DNA from: an uncultured Alphaproteobacteria bacterium
GTDB lineage: Bacteria > Pseudomonadota > Alphaproteobacteria > RF32 > CAG-239
Reading direction: 5' to 3'
Assembly: GCA_902464275.1 (NCBI GenBank)
Contig: CABQIK010000002.1
Location: 14-64,013, forward strand
DNA length: 64,000 nt
The notes beneath the pieces are model-generated. The model did no database searches. It was not told the DNA's origin and saw only the letters and a list, made by a program, of their open reading frames with translations. Position numbers and translations under genes: made by a program. This document shows positions 28,429 to 38,550 of the stretch, one piece after another. Each line of letters opens with the position of its first letter. Within the stretch, counting starts at the first letter, position 1.

Positions 28429-29319
28429 ATGTTTTGCAAACCTGAAGTTTGTATTCTTCCAGTTGCAGGTTTATCAACCCGCAACCTTCCCGCAACCAAA
28501 GTTTTACACAAAGGTTTTTTAACCTTAAATAACCTGCCGATTATTCAATACGCGGTTGAATGTTGTCGTGAAATCGGCGTTAAAGAGATTATTTTTATTT
28601 ACAGTGACCAATCTTGCAAATATCTGTTTGAAAAATATTTTGCCCCCTACCCCTGGCTTGAAGAGCATTTGGCTAAAAAGGGCAAAACGGATTTACTTAA
28701 AGCCATGCAAGACATTATTCCGGAAGGAATGAAGTTTTCATTTGCCGAGCAAAAAGAACCTTTAGGCAACGGACACGCTATTTTAATGGCCAAAGAGTTA
28801 GTCGGCAAACGCGACTTTATTGTTATGTGGCCTGATGATATTTACATCAACTTCCACGGTGAAGGAATTTTAAAACAACTCTGCGACATTTATGAAAAAA
28901 CCGGCGGCGTGGTTGAAAACATTATGGAATTTCCGCGTGAAGAAATGACCAGATACGGCGCTTTGGTCGGCGCGGTGCGCGAAGGCAGAACCGTTCATGC
29001 CCGCGGCTTGGTTGAAAAACCGAAACTTGAAGAAGTTCCGTCTAACTATGCCAGCATGGGGCCATACATTTTGCCGAATGTGGTAATGGATATTTTACCG
29101 GAAGTTAAAAACGGCTCCAACGGCGAAATTAATTTGACCGATGCCATTAATTTGGCGGTTGAACGCGGCGAACCGCTGACCGGCGTTTTGTGCAGCGGCT
29201 TGCGTTTTGACTGCGGCACCAATGACGAGTTGGCAAAATCTAACTTAAAACTTTCATTGATGTGCAACCCCAAATTGCGCGCTTACGCCAAAGAGCTGCT
29301 TGATACTATTTTGGTTTAA
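28429..29319 (+). CDS. galU: UTP--glucose-1-phosphate uridylyltransferase
   Basis: LPVAGLSTRNLPATKVLHKGFL..PIIQYAVEC... matches the GalU N-terminal nucleotide-binding region. Confidence 0.75.
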   Translation: MFCKPEVCILPVAGLSTRNLPATKVLHKGFLTLNNLPIIQYAVECCREIGVKEIIFIYSDQSCKYLFEKYFAPYPWLEEHLAKKGKTDLLKAMQDIIPEGMKFSFAEQKEPLGNGHAILMAKELVGKRDFIVMWPDDIYINFHGEGILKQLCDIYEKTGGVVENIMEFPREEMTRYGALVGAVREGRTVHARGLVEKPKLEEVPSNYASMGPYILPNVVMDILPEVKNGSNGEINLTDAINLAVERGEPLTGVLCSGLRFDCGTNDELAKSNLKLSLMCNPKLRAYAKELLDTILV

Positions 29320-29344
29320 TTTAAGGCGTTTGACTTAAATTCAG

Positions 29345-29376
29345 CCCGCCGATTTTATACCGGCGGGTTTTATTTT
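29345..29376 (+). terminator. rho-independent terminator after galU
   Basis: cccgccg-attttatac-cggcggg followed by a T-rich run. Confidence 0.6.
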
Positions 29377-29379
29377 GCG

Positions 29380-29470
29380 CAACTTATGCACAGCGCGGAC
29401 TCGTAAATATTGCAAAAAAAAAACGCGAGCTAAAATCTTCTCAAAATTAACTTTTGAGGAGATTTTAGCT
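29380..29470 (+). promoter_or_regulatory. conserved pilin-family upstream element
   Basis: caacttatgcacagcgcggactcgtaaatattgcaAAAAAAAAAAcgcgagctaaaatcttc...gaggag. Confidence 0.6.
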
Positions 29471-30112
29471 ATGAAATCAGAAAATGGTCGTTCTATGGTG
29501 GAAATGCTCGGCGTATTAGCAATTATCGGCGTTCTGTCCGTTGGGGCGATTGCCGGTTATTCTAAAGCCATGTTCAAGTACAAGCTTAACAAACATGCGG
29601 AACAGATGAATACGCTGATTAATGCCGTGGCGCGCAATGTGCACAACTTTAATAATATCGGCGGTAGCACAACCATAGTGCCGTATCTTGTCAAAATGGG
29701 TGAAATTCCGACTGAAATGGTAAAAACAAACGTCAATAATTTTGTATATGATATTTTCGGGCAAGCTTGGCTGATTTTCATCGCCAGTGATGCTCAAAAC
29801 ATTTTGCTTTCATCATATTCAACTAAAGGCGCATCATCACTTACCGCCAAATCAGCCGACAATTTGGAAATTTGCAAAAACATATTGCTCGCCGCCAAAG
29901 AAAATCATGACAGTATTGTAAGAGTTTATTCAGTCAGCAACCATAATACCAGTGATGAAAAACAAAAAACACTATACGGTGATACTCTTTGTAATACAGA
30001 TCGCACTTGCTTAAAAGATGTGAGTTTAAATGACATTTATGATTTTTGCACTAAACATTACGGCATAAACTCCGCATCAGGCACAGAACTTGCCATAACT
30101 TGGCAACGGTAA
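29471..30112 (+). CDS. type IV pilin-like protein, paralog 4
   Basis: MKSENG|RSMVEM...; subfamily A (QMNTLINAVARNVH..KMGEIPTEMVKTNVNNFVYDIFGQ..). The track N-terminal extension is rejected. Confidence 0.8.
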   Translation: MKSENGRSMVEMLGVLAIIGVLSVGAIAGYSKAMFKYKLNKHAEQMNTLINAVARNVHNFNNIGGSTTIVPYLVKMGEIPTEMVKTNVNNFVYDIFGQAWLIFIASDAQNILLSSYSTKGASSLTAKSADNLEICKNILLAAKENHDSIVRVYSVSNHNTSDEKQKTLYGDTLCNTDRTCLKDVSLNDIYDFCTKHYGINSASGTELAITWQR

Positions 30113-30121
30113 TTAACCGGA

Positions 30122-30415
30122 TTATAATTTAACTAAATCAGGCTTTATACGTTCATAAAAACTCGGCTCTGTTTGGTGATAATCGGTAAAATTAACAATA
30201 TACGGCAAACGGCTTTCATCAAACTTATATTTAAGTTCTTGCAGTTGTTCAGGTTTAACGGCGTGATTCCCCTTAATTAAAATATCTAAATCTGAAACCG
30301 CGCTATAATTGCCTTTAACACGCGAGCCGTAAGCAAAAAAATTATATTCCGGTTTATAGGCGCTTAAAATATCTGCAATAATTTTTGCTTCTGCCGGTAA
30401 AACTCCCGCTATCAT
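30122..30415 (-). CDS. minimal nucleotidyltransferase (MNT / HI0073-like) antitoxin
   Basis: YGSRVKGNYSAVSDLDILI is the GS...DxD pol-beta NTase motif; 97 aa. Confidence 0.7.
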   Translation of the reverse strand: MIAGVLPAEAKIIADILSAYKPEYNFFAYGSRVKGNYSAVSDLDILIKGNHAVKPEQLQELKYKFDESRLPYIVNFTDYHQTEPSFYERIKPDLVKL

Positions 30416-30831
30416 TACACTAAAACCTTATCAAACGAGTTTATTAAAAAATTAACATCAGCAATGAATGCCGGCAAAACAGGCAATAAATCGCGCGCCT
30501 TTTCAATGTTGTATTCATGCGAGGTATTATTGCGTTGAGCATAGTAATTTTTCCAGTTTTCCCAATCAGGAATCATGGCATAGCCCTGCATAAGCCGGAA
30601 AATATTATTAACGGTTAATTCTTTATCTTCTTTGGCATACTCAAGTTTTAAATAACGCCGCATAAGCTTTAATGACGTTTCAAGCGTATACTCAAAGCGT
30701 TTTACACACGAATCGGCAACAATACCGGCCATTAAAGCATCAGACTGTTCGCGAGTGTATACCTGCCAACTTTCTTGCAATGTGGCTATGGCATTTCGTA
30801 AAATATTAATATCAAATTCGGACTTATTCAT
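30415..30831 (-). CDS. HEPN-domain protein (HI0074-like NTase substrate-binding; HepT-like toxin)
   Basis: RNNTSHEY is an R-x4-H-x-Y HEPN motif. 138 aa, overlaps the MNT gene by 1 nt. Confidence 0.7.
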   Translation of the reverse strand: MNKSEFDINILRNAIATLQESWQVYTREQSDALMAGIVADSCVKRFEYTLETSLKLMRRYLKLEYAKEDKELTVNNIFRLMQGYAMIPDWENWKNYYAQRNNTSHEYNIEKARDLLPVLPAFIADVNFLINSFDKVLV

Positions 30832-30897
30832 TAAACACCTCTGTTAAATCAGAGTTTACAAAATATATTTTACAGTTGCAAGCAAAAATCCCGAATA

Positions 30898-30989
30898 CAA
30901 CTTATGCACAGCGAAGACTCGTAAATATTGCAAAAAAAAAACGGGAGATAATATTATTTTAAAAGTAACATTTTGAGGAGATTTTTATC
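30898..30989 (+). promoter_or_regulatory. conserved pilin-family upstream element (variant with cgggagataatatt after the A10 tract)
   Basis: caacttatgcacagcgaagactcgtaaatattgcaAAAAAAAAAAcgggag...gaggag. Confidence 0.55.
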
Positions 30990-31649
30990 ATGAAATCAGA
31001 AAATGGCAGAAGTATGGTGGAAATGCTTGGCGTTCTTGCTATCATCGGGGTGCTGAGCGTTGGGGCGATTGCCGGTTACAGCAAAGCCATGTTCAAATAC
31101 AAACTTAACAAACACGCTGAGCAAATGAACACGCTGATTAATGCGGTTGCGCGCAACGTGCATAGCTTTGATAATCTGCACAGTAACGGCTCGCCAAACG
31201 TTCTAACCCCTATTTTTATAAAAATGGGTGAAATTCCAACTGAAATGGTGAAAACAAATGTCAATAATTTTGTGTATGACATTTTCGGACAGCAATGGCA
31301 GATATTTATATCTTCAACCGATACAACCATGTTTTTAACCTCGTGGCTTGAAAACGGTTCGTCATTTTTATCTTCGTCTTCACCTGACGGCTTAGCAATC
31401 TGCCAGAATATTTTGATTGCCGCTAAAGAAAATTCAGATAGCATAAATAGAATCGCGGCAACTTCAGCTAACTCAGATTCCGATATTCAAAACGATGATG
31501 CAACCTCTCATTATTTATACGGAGATAACTATTGTTCTGCTAATAGAAGATGCCTTAAAAACTTAACATTAGATGATATTTACACAACTTGTTCAGATCA
31601 TGTAAAAGGCGGTAAAGCGGCGTTTCAACTTATGTGGAGACGCAATTAA
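30990..31649 (+). CDS. type IV pilin-like protein, paralog 5
   Basis: MKSENG|RSMVEM...; subfamily A. The first 90 aa are nearly identical to paralog 4, then diverge. Confidence 0.8.
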   Translation: MKSENGRSMVEMLGVLAIIGVLSVGAIAGYSKAMFKYKLNKHAEQMNTLINAVARNVHSFDNLHSNGSPNVLTPIFIKMGEIPTEMVKTNVNNFVYDIFGQQWQIFISSTDTTMFLTSWLENGSSFLSSSSPDGLAICQNILIAAKENSDSINRIAATSANSDSDIQNDDATSHYLYGDNYCSANRRCLKNLTLDDIYTTCSDHVKGGKAAFQLMWRRN

Positions 31650-31663
31650 CCGCAGACAAAAAC

Positions 31664-31696
31664 CCCTGAAACGATTAAGTTTCAGGGGTTTTATTT
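31664..31696. terminator. bidirectional rho-independent terminator
   Basis: cccctgaaac-gattaa-gtttcagggg followed by TTTTATTT; A-rich on the other side. Confidence 0.6.
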
Positions 31697-31707
31697 GCAT
31701 TAAAAAA

Positions 31708-32469
31708 TTACAAAATTACATATTCAATACGGTTGTAACCGGCTGAAATTACGTTAATTTTGAATCCGTTAATTTCAATATTCTGCGAATCAAACGGGAA
31801 AGTGTATTCTTCCGCAATCGGCTCTTCGCCGAAGGTGGTGAAGGTAAACTTCATAACACCATCGTCAATGCCGTTGTAGCGCAATTCATAACCTGATAAA
31901 ACTTCAGTATTTTCAGCGCGGGTATTTACCACCGGCGTAAAGACAACATCTTCCGGTTCAACAAAGAACTGAATATCTAAGATTGCCAAACGACCGTCAA
32001 CGATGCGTCCGATGTGATTATAAACACTGCCATCGCCGTCAATTAACAAAATGTCACCGGCTTTGTTTTGACGAACCAACAAATACGGTTCACCTTTTAA
32101 GTAAACTTCGCCAAATGCCTCATAATTGCTCTTCTTTTTAATAAAGAGCGGAGTGTAACTTGAGCTTAAAACCGCATCTTTGTTTACGGTTAAAACTTCA
32201 GAGGCGTAAAAATCAGTGCGGCGGGTTTTGCTAAAGAGCATAACATCGTTTAATTTGGTAACCAAAACCTGATTACGCTCAATTTTATCTTCAGTAACGG
32301 TTTTGCTTTCAGTTAAATATTCTTCGCCTTGTTTAGAATCGTAATAAAAAATCTTTTCAGTCTGCCATACCTGAAAATATTTATTACGTCCGCTGAAAAT
32401 ATCCATATCTCCGGCGTAAACACAAGCCGCGAGCATAGAAACCGATAACATAGCTAAAATTTTTTTCAT
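31708..32469 (-). CDS. hypothetical lipoprotein
   Basis: Start at MKKILAMLSVSMLAACVYAG (lipobox LAAC); the track start further upstream is rejected. Confidence 0.5.
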   Translation of the reverse strand: MKKILAMLSVSMLAACVYAGDMDIFSGRNKYFQVWQTEKIFYYDSKQGEEYLTESKTVTEDKIERNQVLVTKLNDVMLFSKTRRTDFYASEVLTVNKDAVLSSSYTPLFIKKKSNYEAFGEVYLKGEPYLLVRQNKAGDILLIDGDGSVYNHIGRIVDGRLAILDIQFFVEPEDVVFTPVVNTRAENTEVLSGYELRYNGIDDGVMKFTFTTFGEEPIAEEYTFPFDSQNIEINGFKINVISAGYNRIEYVIL

Positions 32470-32558
32470 AGGAATAATCTCTTTTTTAGTGTTTAAACAT
32501 CTGCATAAATGTAATATAACTTGATTTAGTAAATAAAATGATAACAAACGGAGAAAAT

Positions 32559-33440
32559 ATGAATAACAAATTTTCAAGCTGTGTTTTGGTTAAATTTGCG
32601 CCGCAAAGCACCACTCCGCCTGAACTTGCCGACTTTTTAGACGAATATTTCGGGGTGACCGCCTGCAACTATGCCGATGACGGCACGGAAGAATATGTGG
32701 GCTACGCCGACACCTCTTTTTCAGCTGATGATTTAATTTCAGCAGCTCATGCGCAAAATATCAGCTTGCCGCCTTTTACCACTGAAAAGCTTGAAAATAA
32801 AAACTGGCTGACCGCCAATGTAATTAAATTCGCTCCGTTTGAAGCGGCGGATTTTTGCATTTACGGCGTGCATGAGCCGCAAGCGCCTGCAACCGACAAA
32901 CTTCCCATTAAAATTTACGCTGCCACCGCGTTTGGCTCCTCACACCAAACCACCCGCTGTTGCCTGCAGGCTATCAGCGACTTAAATGCCCTGCACGCGC
33001 CGCATCAAAAAATTTTAGACATCGGCACCGGTTCCGGTATTTTATCACTTGCCTGCGCCAAGCTTTGGGCTAAAGACAATCCGCAAATTGTGGCCGGGGA
33101 TATTGATATTGAAGCCGTTAATGTTACCGCGCAAAACGCCTTTGACAACAATTTGGAACAATTTTTACAAGTTACGCAAAGCGATGGTTATCAGGCGGAG
33201 CTGATTACGCAAAACGCTCCGTACGATATTATCATGGCTAACATTTTAGCCCGTCCCTTAATTGAAATGGCGCCCGATTTAGCTGAAAACTTAAAGCAAG
33301 GCGGCTATTGCATTTTATCCGGATTTGTGGAAGACCAAACCGACTGGGTGGTATCCGCTCATCAAAAAGAAGGACTATCACTCGTCAAAACCTACCAAAT
33401 TGACAACTGGCGCGCCGTTATTATGGAGAAACAAGCATGA
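32559..33440 (+). CDS. prmA: ribosomal protein L11 methyltransferase
   Basis: ILDIGTGSGILSLACAKL SAM motif and PrmA-like overall layout. GGAG RBS 5 nt before the ATG at 32559. Confidence 0.7.
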   Translation: MNNKFSSCVLVKFAPQSTTPPELADFLDEYFGVTACNYADDGTEEYVGYADTSFSADDLISAAHAQNISLPPFTTEKLENKNWLTANVIKFAPFEAADFCIYGVHEPQAPATDKLPIKIYAATAFGSSHQTTRCCLQAISDLNALHAPHQKILDIGTGSGILSLACAKLWAKDNPQIVAGDIDIEAVNVTAQNAFDNNLEQFLQVTQSDGYQAELITQNAPYDIIMANILARPLIEMAPDLAENLKQGGYCILSGFVEDQTDWVVSAHQKEGLSLVKTYQIDNWRAVIMEKQA

Positions 33441-35116
33441 AATTATCTGACTTGCAACAACAATTAAAGCAAAACAAAATACCGGCTTATTTACTCACCC
33501 GCAATAATATGTTTTGGGGCGAAGATGTTTTGCCGTCTGAAAATAAGATTATGGAATTAAGCGGTTTTACCGGTTCTGCCGCCATTATGCTGATAACGCC
33601 TGAAAACGCATGGTTGTTAGTTGACAGCAGATATTCCATTCAGGCGCGGAAAGAGACGGACGCCTCGCAAATCACGGTGGTTGACAGCACCGACGGGCTT
33701 AATGACGTGCTCAATTTGTGTAAACAAAACAATATTGACAAGCTCGCGTATAATCCGTGGTGTCTGCCGGTTTCCGCAGTTAATTTTATTAAACGGGCTT
33801 CCTTACTTACATTAATTGCCGAGCCTGATTTAATCTGCGGAATTTTAAGCGATGAACCGGTAAACGTATTTATTCATGATGTTAAATATTGCGGAAAAAC
33901 AGCTGAAGAAAAATGCCATGAGGTTGCCAACGCTTTTAGCGATTCTGCCGACGCTATGCTGATTTGCAATCCGGCGCAAGTTTCATGGCTGCTTAACTTA
34001 CGCTCGCACACTCTGCCCGACACGCCGATTTTGCGCGCTTTTGCGCTTTTGCACCGTGACGGCAGCGCGTTTGCTTACGCTGATAACTGCACTTTTAGCG
34101 GCATTAAACCAGTTGCGGAATTATTTACTGATTTACAGCAACTTGCCGGTAAAAAAGTTGCCGTTGACCTTCATACCACTCCGCAATATGTTTTTGATAA
34201 GCTGCATAATATTAAAACTGTTCAGCTGCAATCCAATCCGTTGCTTGAATTGAAACTTAACAAAAACCCCACTGAATTGGAAGGTTTTCGCAATGCGCAT
34301 ATTCGTGACGGAATTGCCGTAACCAAATTTTTATATTGGCTTGAACAAAATCGGCACGGGCTGCACGAACTTGACGTTGTGGAAAAATTAAAACAATTCC
34401 GGCAAAAGCAAAACTTATTTTTTTCCGACAGTTTCGGCACTATTGCCGCAAGCGCTGCCAATGCCGCGATTGTGCATTATCAACCGAACGGCACACACAA
34501 CGCTCAGTTAAACAACAATTCTGTTTTGTTGCTTGACAGCGGCGCCCAATATTTTGACGGCACTACCGACGTTACTCGCACCATTGCGCTCGGCACCCCG
34601 CCGGAAGAAATTAAAACAGCCTTCACCGAAGTTCTGAAAGCTCACATTGCTTTGGCAAGCGCTGTTTTTCCCGCAAACACGCCGGCTTCGGCGCTTGACG
34701 CCGTTTGCCGTTTGCCGCTGTGGAAATCCGGCAAAGATTATCGTCACGGCACCGGACACAGCGTCGGACACTTTTCTGATGTGCACGAGTCACCGTTCGG
34801 GCTTAGCCCGCGCTGCCATATGCCGATAAAAGAAAATTATATTACATCAATTGAACCGGGGGTTTATTTTGAGGGCAAATTCGGTATCCGAATTGAAAAC
34901 TTAGCCTATGCCGCAAAAGCGGAATACGAAGGATTTTTACAATTCAAAAACCTAACCTTAATACCTATTGATAAACGCCTGATTAATCCATATATGTTAA
35001 GCGTAGGGGAACAGAGCTGGCTTAATAGTTACCACCGACAAGTGCTTAGCTGTTTGGCTCCTTATATGAATGCTGCTGAAAAAGAGTGGCTTTGCAAAGC
35101 TTGTTCCCCTCTTTGA
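33437..35116 (+). CDS. Xaa-Pro aminopeptidase (M24B, three-domain aminopeptidase P type)
   Basis: HGTGHSVGHFSDVHE, GVYFEGKFGIRIEN and the creatinase-like N-terminal domains. Confidence 0.75.
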   Translation: MKLSDLQQQLKQNKIPAYLLTRNNMFWGEDVLPSENKIMELSGFTGSAAIMLITPENAWLLVDSRYSIQARKETDASQITVVDSTDGLNDVLNLCKQNNIDKLAYNPWCLPVSAVNFIKRASLLTLIAEPDLICGILSDEPVNVFIHDVKYCGKTAEEKCHEVANAFSDSADAMLICNPAQVSWLLNLRSHTLPDTPILRAFALLHRDGSAFAYADNCTFSGIKPVAELFTDLQQLAGKKVAVDLHTTPQYVFDKLHNIKTVQLQSNPLLELKLNKNPTELEGFRNAHIRDGIAVTKFLYWLEQNRHGLHELDVVEKLKQFRQKQNLFFSDSFGTIAASAANAAIVHYQPNGTHNAQLNNNSVLLLDSGAQYFDGTTDVTRTIALGTPPEEIKTAFTEVLKAHIALASAVFPANTPASALDAVCRLPLWKSGKDYRHGTGHSVGHFSDVHESPFGLSPRCHMPIKENYITSIEPGVYFEGKFGIRIENLAYAAKAEYEGFLQFKNLTLIPIDKRLINPYMLSVGEQSWLNSYHRQVLSCLAPYMNAAEKEWLCKACSPL

Positions 35117-35146
35117 TTTATAATCAAATCAGTTAAGGAGGCAAAA

Positions 35147-35602
35147 TTGAAAACGTTTTTAACTTTTATTTTTTGCCTCCTTACTTTTTGCGTTCATGCG
35201 CAACCCGCCTTTGAGGGTAATTACCCCGCCAGTCAGCCTCTGGCGGAATATTTTAACGCCGAAACCGGCAACCGCAACAAATCGCTCATTTATATATTTT
35301 ACAACAACGAGGGAATTTGCGACAAATGCGCGCAAACAATTGAGCTTACGGAACAAATTTTTAATCAGTTTTACAACGGCATCTACAATTTATTTGTAAT
35401 AAACTATGCGGAAGACAATGAATACAATTTTGCCACCGCATACCAACTGTATGAGCCGTTAGCGATTGTGTTGGTTAAAATAAATGACGGTGAGCAAATA
35501 GGGTATGAAAAAATAGCCAATCCGCAACAAATGCTGATAATCGGCTATGATTACACTGATTTTTTAACCAAAAAAATCAACAATTTTTTAGGCGAAGATT
35601 AA
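35147..35602 (+). CDS. hypothetical secreted protein (possible thioredoxin-like CxxC: CDKC)
   Basis: Signal peptide MKTFLTFIFCLLTFCVHA; 151 aa. Confidence 0.4.
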   Translation: MKTFLTFIFCLLTFCVHAQPAFEGNYPASQPLAEYFNAETGNRNKSLIYIFYNNEGICDKCAQTIELTEQIFNQFYNGIYNLFVINYAEDNEYNFATAYQLYEPLAIVLVKINDGEQIGYEKIANPQQMLIIGYDYTDFLTKKINNFLGED

Positions 35603-36330
35603 ATTTTTTGCCATTTGATACGCAAACGGGCAAGCTCGCGCCCATCGGTTAATGCTGATACACTGTGGAGCGAAACATTGCCGTCTGTTTGGGTCTTAAC
35701 TTCAACTTCTTCACCTAAGCGGCACTCTTTTTTGAAAGCAATTTCAATCTCCTGCGGGAAATGCTCATCTCTGAATACATGGTCAACCGCTTCGCTTGCC
35801 CACAGAGGATAAACCGCGTTATTAACATGCTTATTAATGTCTATATCATCAAAGCGCACGGCAAAACGGCGAACACAGTCTGCATTTTCAGGTTCCGGCA
35901 ATTTCGGAAAATCAGTTACTAAAGTGCGCTCATTAATAACGGTATATTGAGGCAAATGCTCTTTTAATGAAACCGGACGTTTGCGGGCAAAATCAATCAA
36001 AATCCATTGACTGGAAGCGGCAATAATCATATCGCCCTGCTCGTCATAAACGGCAAAATCGCGCACGGCGCCGATTTTCTTTTCAGCCGAAGGCCAGGTT
36101 ACTATTTTAATATTTTCATGCAAAGTCGGCAGGCGCTTAATTTGCAAATGATAATTTGAACCCACCCACGCCAAACCGTTTTGTAAGCAAAATTCAAGTC
36201 CCAACTGCAAATCGGAAGCGTGCGAGTCGGCCATATCCTGTAAAATATTCATCAAAGTCAAAATTCGCAAATTGCGGTTTTTATCGCATTCATAAGTGCG
36301 AATATTGTATTCTTTGACAAACTTTTCCAT
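35599..36330 (-). CDS. acyl-ACP thioesterase family protein
   Basis: Double hotdog layout with FatA/B-like motifs (YNIRTYECD...). Confidence 0.6.
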   Translation of the reverse strand: MEKFVKEYNIRTYECDKNRNLRILTLMNILQDMADSHASDLQLGLEFCLQNGLAWVGSNYHLQIKRLPTLHENIKIVTWPSAEKKIGAVRDFAVYDEQGDMIIAASSQWILIDFARKRPVSLKEHLPQYTVINERTLVTDFPKLPEPENADCVRRFAVRFDDIDINKHVNNAVYPLWASEAVDHVFRDEHFPQEIEIAFKKECRLGEEVEVKTQTDGNVSLHSVSALTDGRELARLRIKWQKI

Positions 36331-36341
36331 ATTTTACCACC

Positions 36342-36956
36342 TTAAAACAAAGAGATATTTTGTTCTTCCGCATTAACCAACGCAAGCTTAATTTGCTCAA
36401 AGCGCGAGAGCAATTTATTTTTGTAACGCAAGCCGCGAGCCGGAACTTTGGAATGATAAGCCATGGCCGCTTTTTGCCAAGTACCGCGTTTTTGGTACAG
36501 CTTGGTTAAAAATTTGGCGCCGTATTCCATATTTTTATCGGGATTAAAGGCGTCATCAAGGCTTGCAAACGCCTTTTTATGATATTTTAAATTAACCTGC
36601 ATACAGCCGACGTCAATGCTTTCAATGCCTTCAGACTGTAATTGTTTAACTTTGGCAATAGCCGCTTCTTTGGTTTTAAACCGATACCCTTTGCCGTTTA
36701 CGTTAATGGTCCACGGCCATGAAACAAAGCGACCTTCATCATAACTCCAGTTGCCGGTTTCAACACTTGAAATTGTCTGCAACAAATGATCTTTAATATC
36801 GTATTTTTCTTCCATACGCGCAGCCGAAAGCGAACACAACTCCGAAACATCTGTCTCAATCGGCATAGATGCGTCTGTTTTATATTCTTTTTGAGCTTTA
36901 AGAGGGTGCACGATAACTAAAGAAATAACCAATAAAAAAAGTATTCTTCTCAGCAC
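36342..36956 (-). CDS. lytic transglycosylase (SLT domain), secreted
   Basis: Signal peptide; ...IDVGCMQVNLKYH.. SLT catalytic region. Confidence 0.7.
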   Translation of the reverse strand: MLRRILFLLVISLVIVHPLKAQKEYKTDASMPIETDVSELCSLSAARMEEKYDIKDHLLQTISSVETGNWSYDEGRFVSWPWTINVNGKGYRFKTKEAAIAKVKQLQSEGIESIDVGCMQVNLKYHKKAFASLDDAFNPDKNMEYGAKFLTKLYQKRGTWQKAAMAYHSKVPARGLRYKNKLLSRFEQIKLALVNAEEQNISLF

Positions 36957-37142
36957 GATAAAAAGTTATCCTATATTTCCCTTTATAAGCAAAAAGCTTC
37001 CCTCCTTTAAAGATTTCCGCTTTACAAACTGCCTAAACAAACGGCAGAAGACTTATAACAGGGCGTTAACCAAAACATTAACTTTGCGTTAAATAAAGTT
37101 TAACGAAAAATTAAATTTTGTTGTTAGATAACACATCTGTTT

Positions 37143-38024
37143 TTAAAAATCCAGTATTTTTTTTGCAAGTGCACAGACGCAAGCGGTTACATCGGCGCTA
37201 ACGCGTTGAAAATCAGCATTTTTAGTCAGCGTTTTTTCATCGGCATAAAGCCCGCGATTAAGCTCTAATTGCAAAGTATAGATTTTTTTGCGCGGCTGAC
37301 AATAATTAAAAGTTGTGAACGCGCCGGAGTATGGAATATTTACGGTCCCCATATAACCTTTTTCTTTAAGTTGCCGCTGTAAAAATTCGGTATACTGCGG
37401 CGGGCAGCTTTGCGAGAATAAATCTCCGAGGCAAAAGTCGGTTTGCGGACTGTCAGGGATGATATTGCAGATTTTTGACGGCATGGAATGATAATCTAAA
37501 AGCAGGCAAAAACCAAATTTTTTAACGCATTTATTTATTAAGTATTGCAGGCGCTTGTGATAAACATCATATACATTTTTTATCCGCTCTTGCACTTCCT
37601 GATATGAGAGTAACCCTTCATAAATAGGGTTACCGGAAGCGTCTATACGGTGAATAAGCCCCAAGCCAAAGCGGCAGCGATTGTTTTCAATGGCGATTTT
37701 ATCGGCGGGATAATCATAAAACATTTTGGCGTCAAGCTCAATTTTATCGCGGTTGGCATCAATAAACGCGCGGGCAATTTGCATGCTTAATACCGGAATA
37801 CCAAGCGTAGCCAACGGAGCTGCCAATTCATCGGCAAATAAATCTTCATTAGTGCGGAGCTCGGCAACTGACAAAGGCGTATGCGCCAAAAATTCCGGCG
37901 GAAAAAGCGTGCCGGCATGCGGCACGGATACCACCATCGGATATTGAATATTTTCAACTCCGAGTTCATTGTAAATTTTTAATTTTTTATAATCAACGCT
38001 AAATTCGCAATATTTTTCAGGCAC
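37143..38024 (-). CDS. N-formylglutamate amidohydrolase family protein
   Basis: FGase-like ~290 aa with a metal-binding His/Asp pattern. Confidence 0.5.
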   Translation of the reverse strand: MPEKYCEFSVDYKKLKIYNELGVENIQYPMVVSVPHAGTLFPPEFLAHTPLSVAELRTNEDLFADELAAPLATLGIPVLSMQIARAFIDANRDKIELDAKMFYDYPADKIAIENNRCRFGLGLIHRIDASGNPIYEGLLSYQEVQERIKNVYDVYHKRLQYLINKCVKKFGFCLLLDYHSMPSKICNIIPDSPQTDFCLGDLFSQSCPPQYTEFLQRQLKEKGYMGTVNIPYSGAFTTFNYCQPRKKIYTLQLELNRGLYADEKTLTKNADFQRVSADVTACVCALAKKILDF

Positions 38025-38126
38025 GACAAATTCCTTTCATGGAAGGATTTTATCATACAAACCTTAAATTTTTATAAAAAATATCTTGCCAAAGGTAATA
38101 TGATATGCTAGTTAAAATATGTTTTC

Positions 38127-38203
38127 GGGTGTGTAGCTCAGGTGGTTAGAGCGTTACGTTGACATCGTAGAGGTCGCAGGTTCGAGTCCTGCCACTCCCA
38201 CCA
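38127..38203 (+). tRNA. tRNA-Val (anticodon GAC)
   Basis: Cloverleaf folded by hand: acceptor GGGTGTG/CACTCCC, D-arm GCTC-AGGTGGTTA-GAGC, anticodon arm TTACG-TTGACAT-CGTAG, T-arm GCAGG-TTCGAGT-CCTGC, then A-CCA. Confidence 0.9.
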
Positions 38204-38550
38204 ATAAATAAGTCCCCTTCACGGGGATTTTTTATTGGTGAAAACAGAAAGAACCTGCGACCTCGTTAGAGGCTTGAGGATAAAAACAGCCGAAGTAACG
38301 GCTGTTTTTACCGCAAAAGGCGTAGTTTTGTTTGCGAGCCAGGAAAGCGGCAGCGACCGCAGCGAGCCAACAAAACAAGTGACCGACGCGCAGTTAGTGA
38401 AAGCTTTTACAAAAATAAGCTTGCGGAGAATGCGGCTAATGTGCAGCAAGTTTTTTTCTGCGGTATACTAAACCGCTACATAAAGAAAAAACTTGCTAGC
38501 AGGAGCCCATTATACGCAGGCGTAAAAGCTTGAACTTACTAAGCTAGACA
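38204..38550. mobile_element. small non-coding tRNA-associated element bounded by 81/82-nt direct repeats (38178-38258 and 38551-38632) that comprise the tRNA-Val 3' end plus its downstream hairpin
   Basis: The second copy of aggttcgagtcctgccactcccaccaataaataagtcccct(t)tacggggatttttt(t)attggtgaaaacagaaagaacctgc is read directly. The internal segment gaggataaaaa-hairpin-ttttt...gaccgcagcgag... is ~70% similar to the tRNA-Thr-linked 275-bp unit. Confidence 0.55.
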
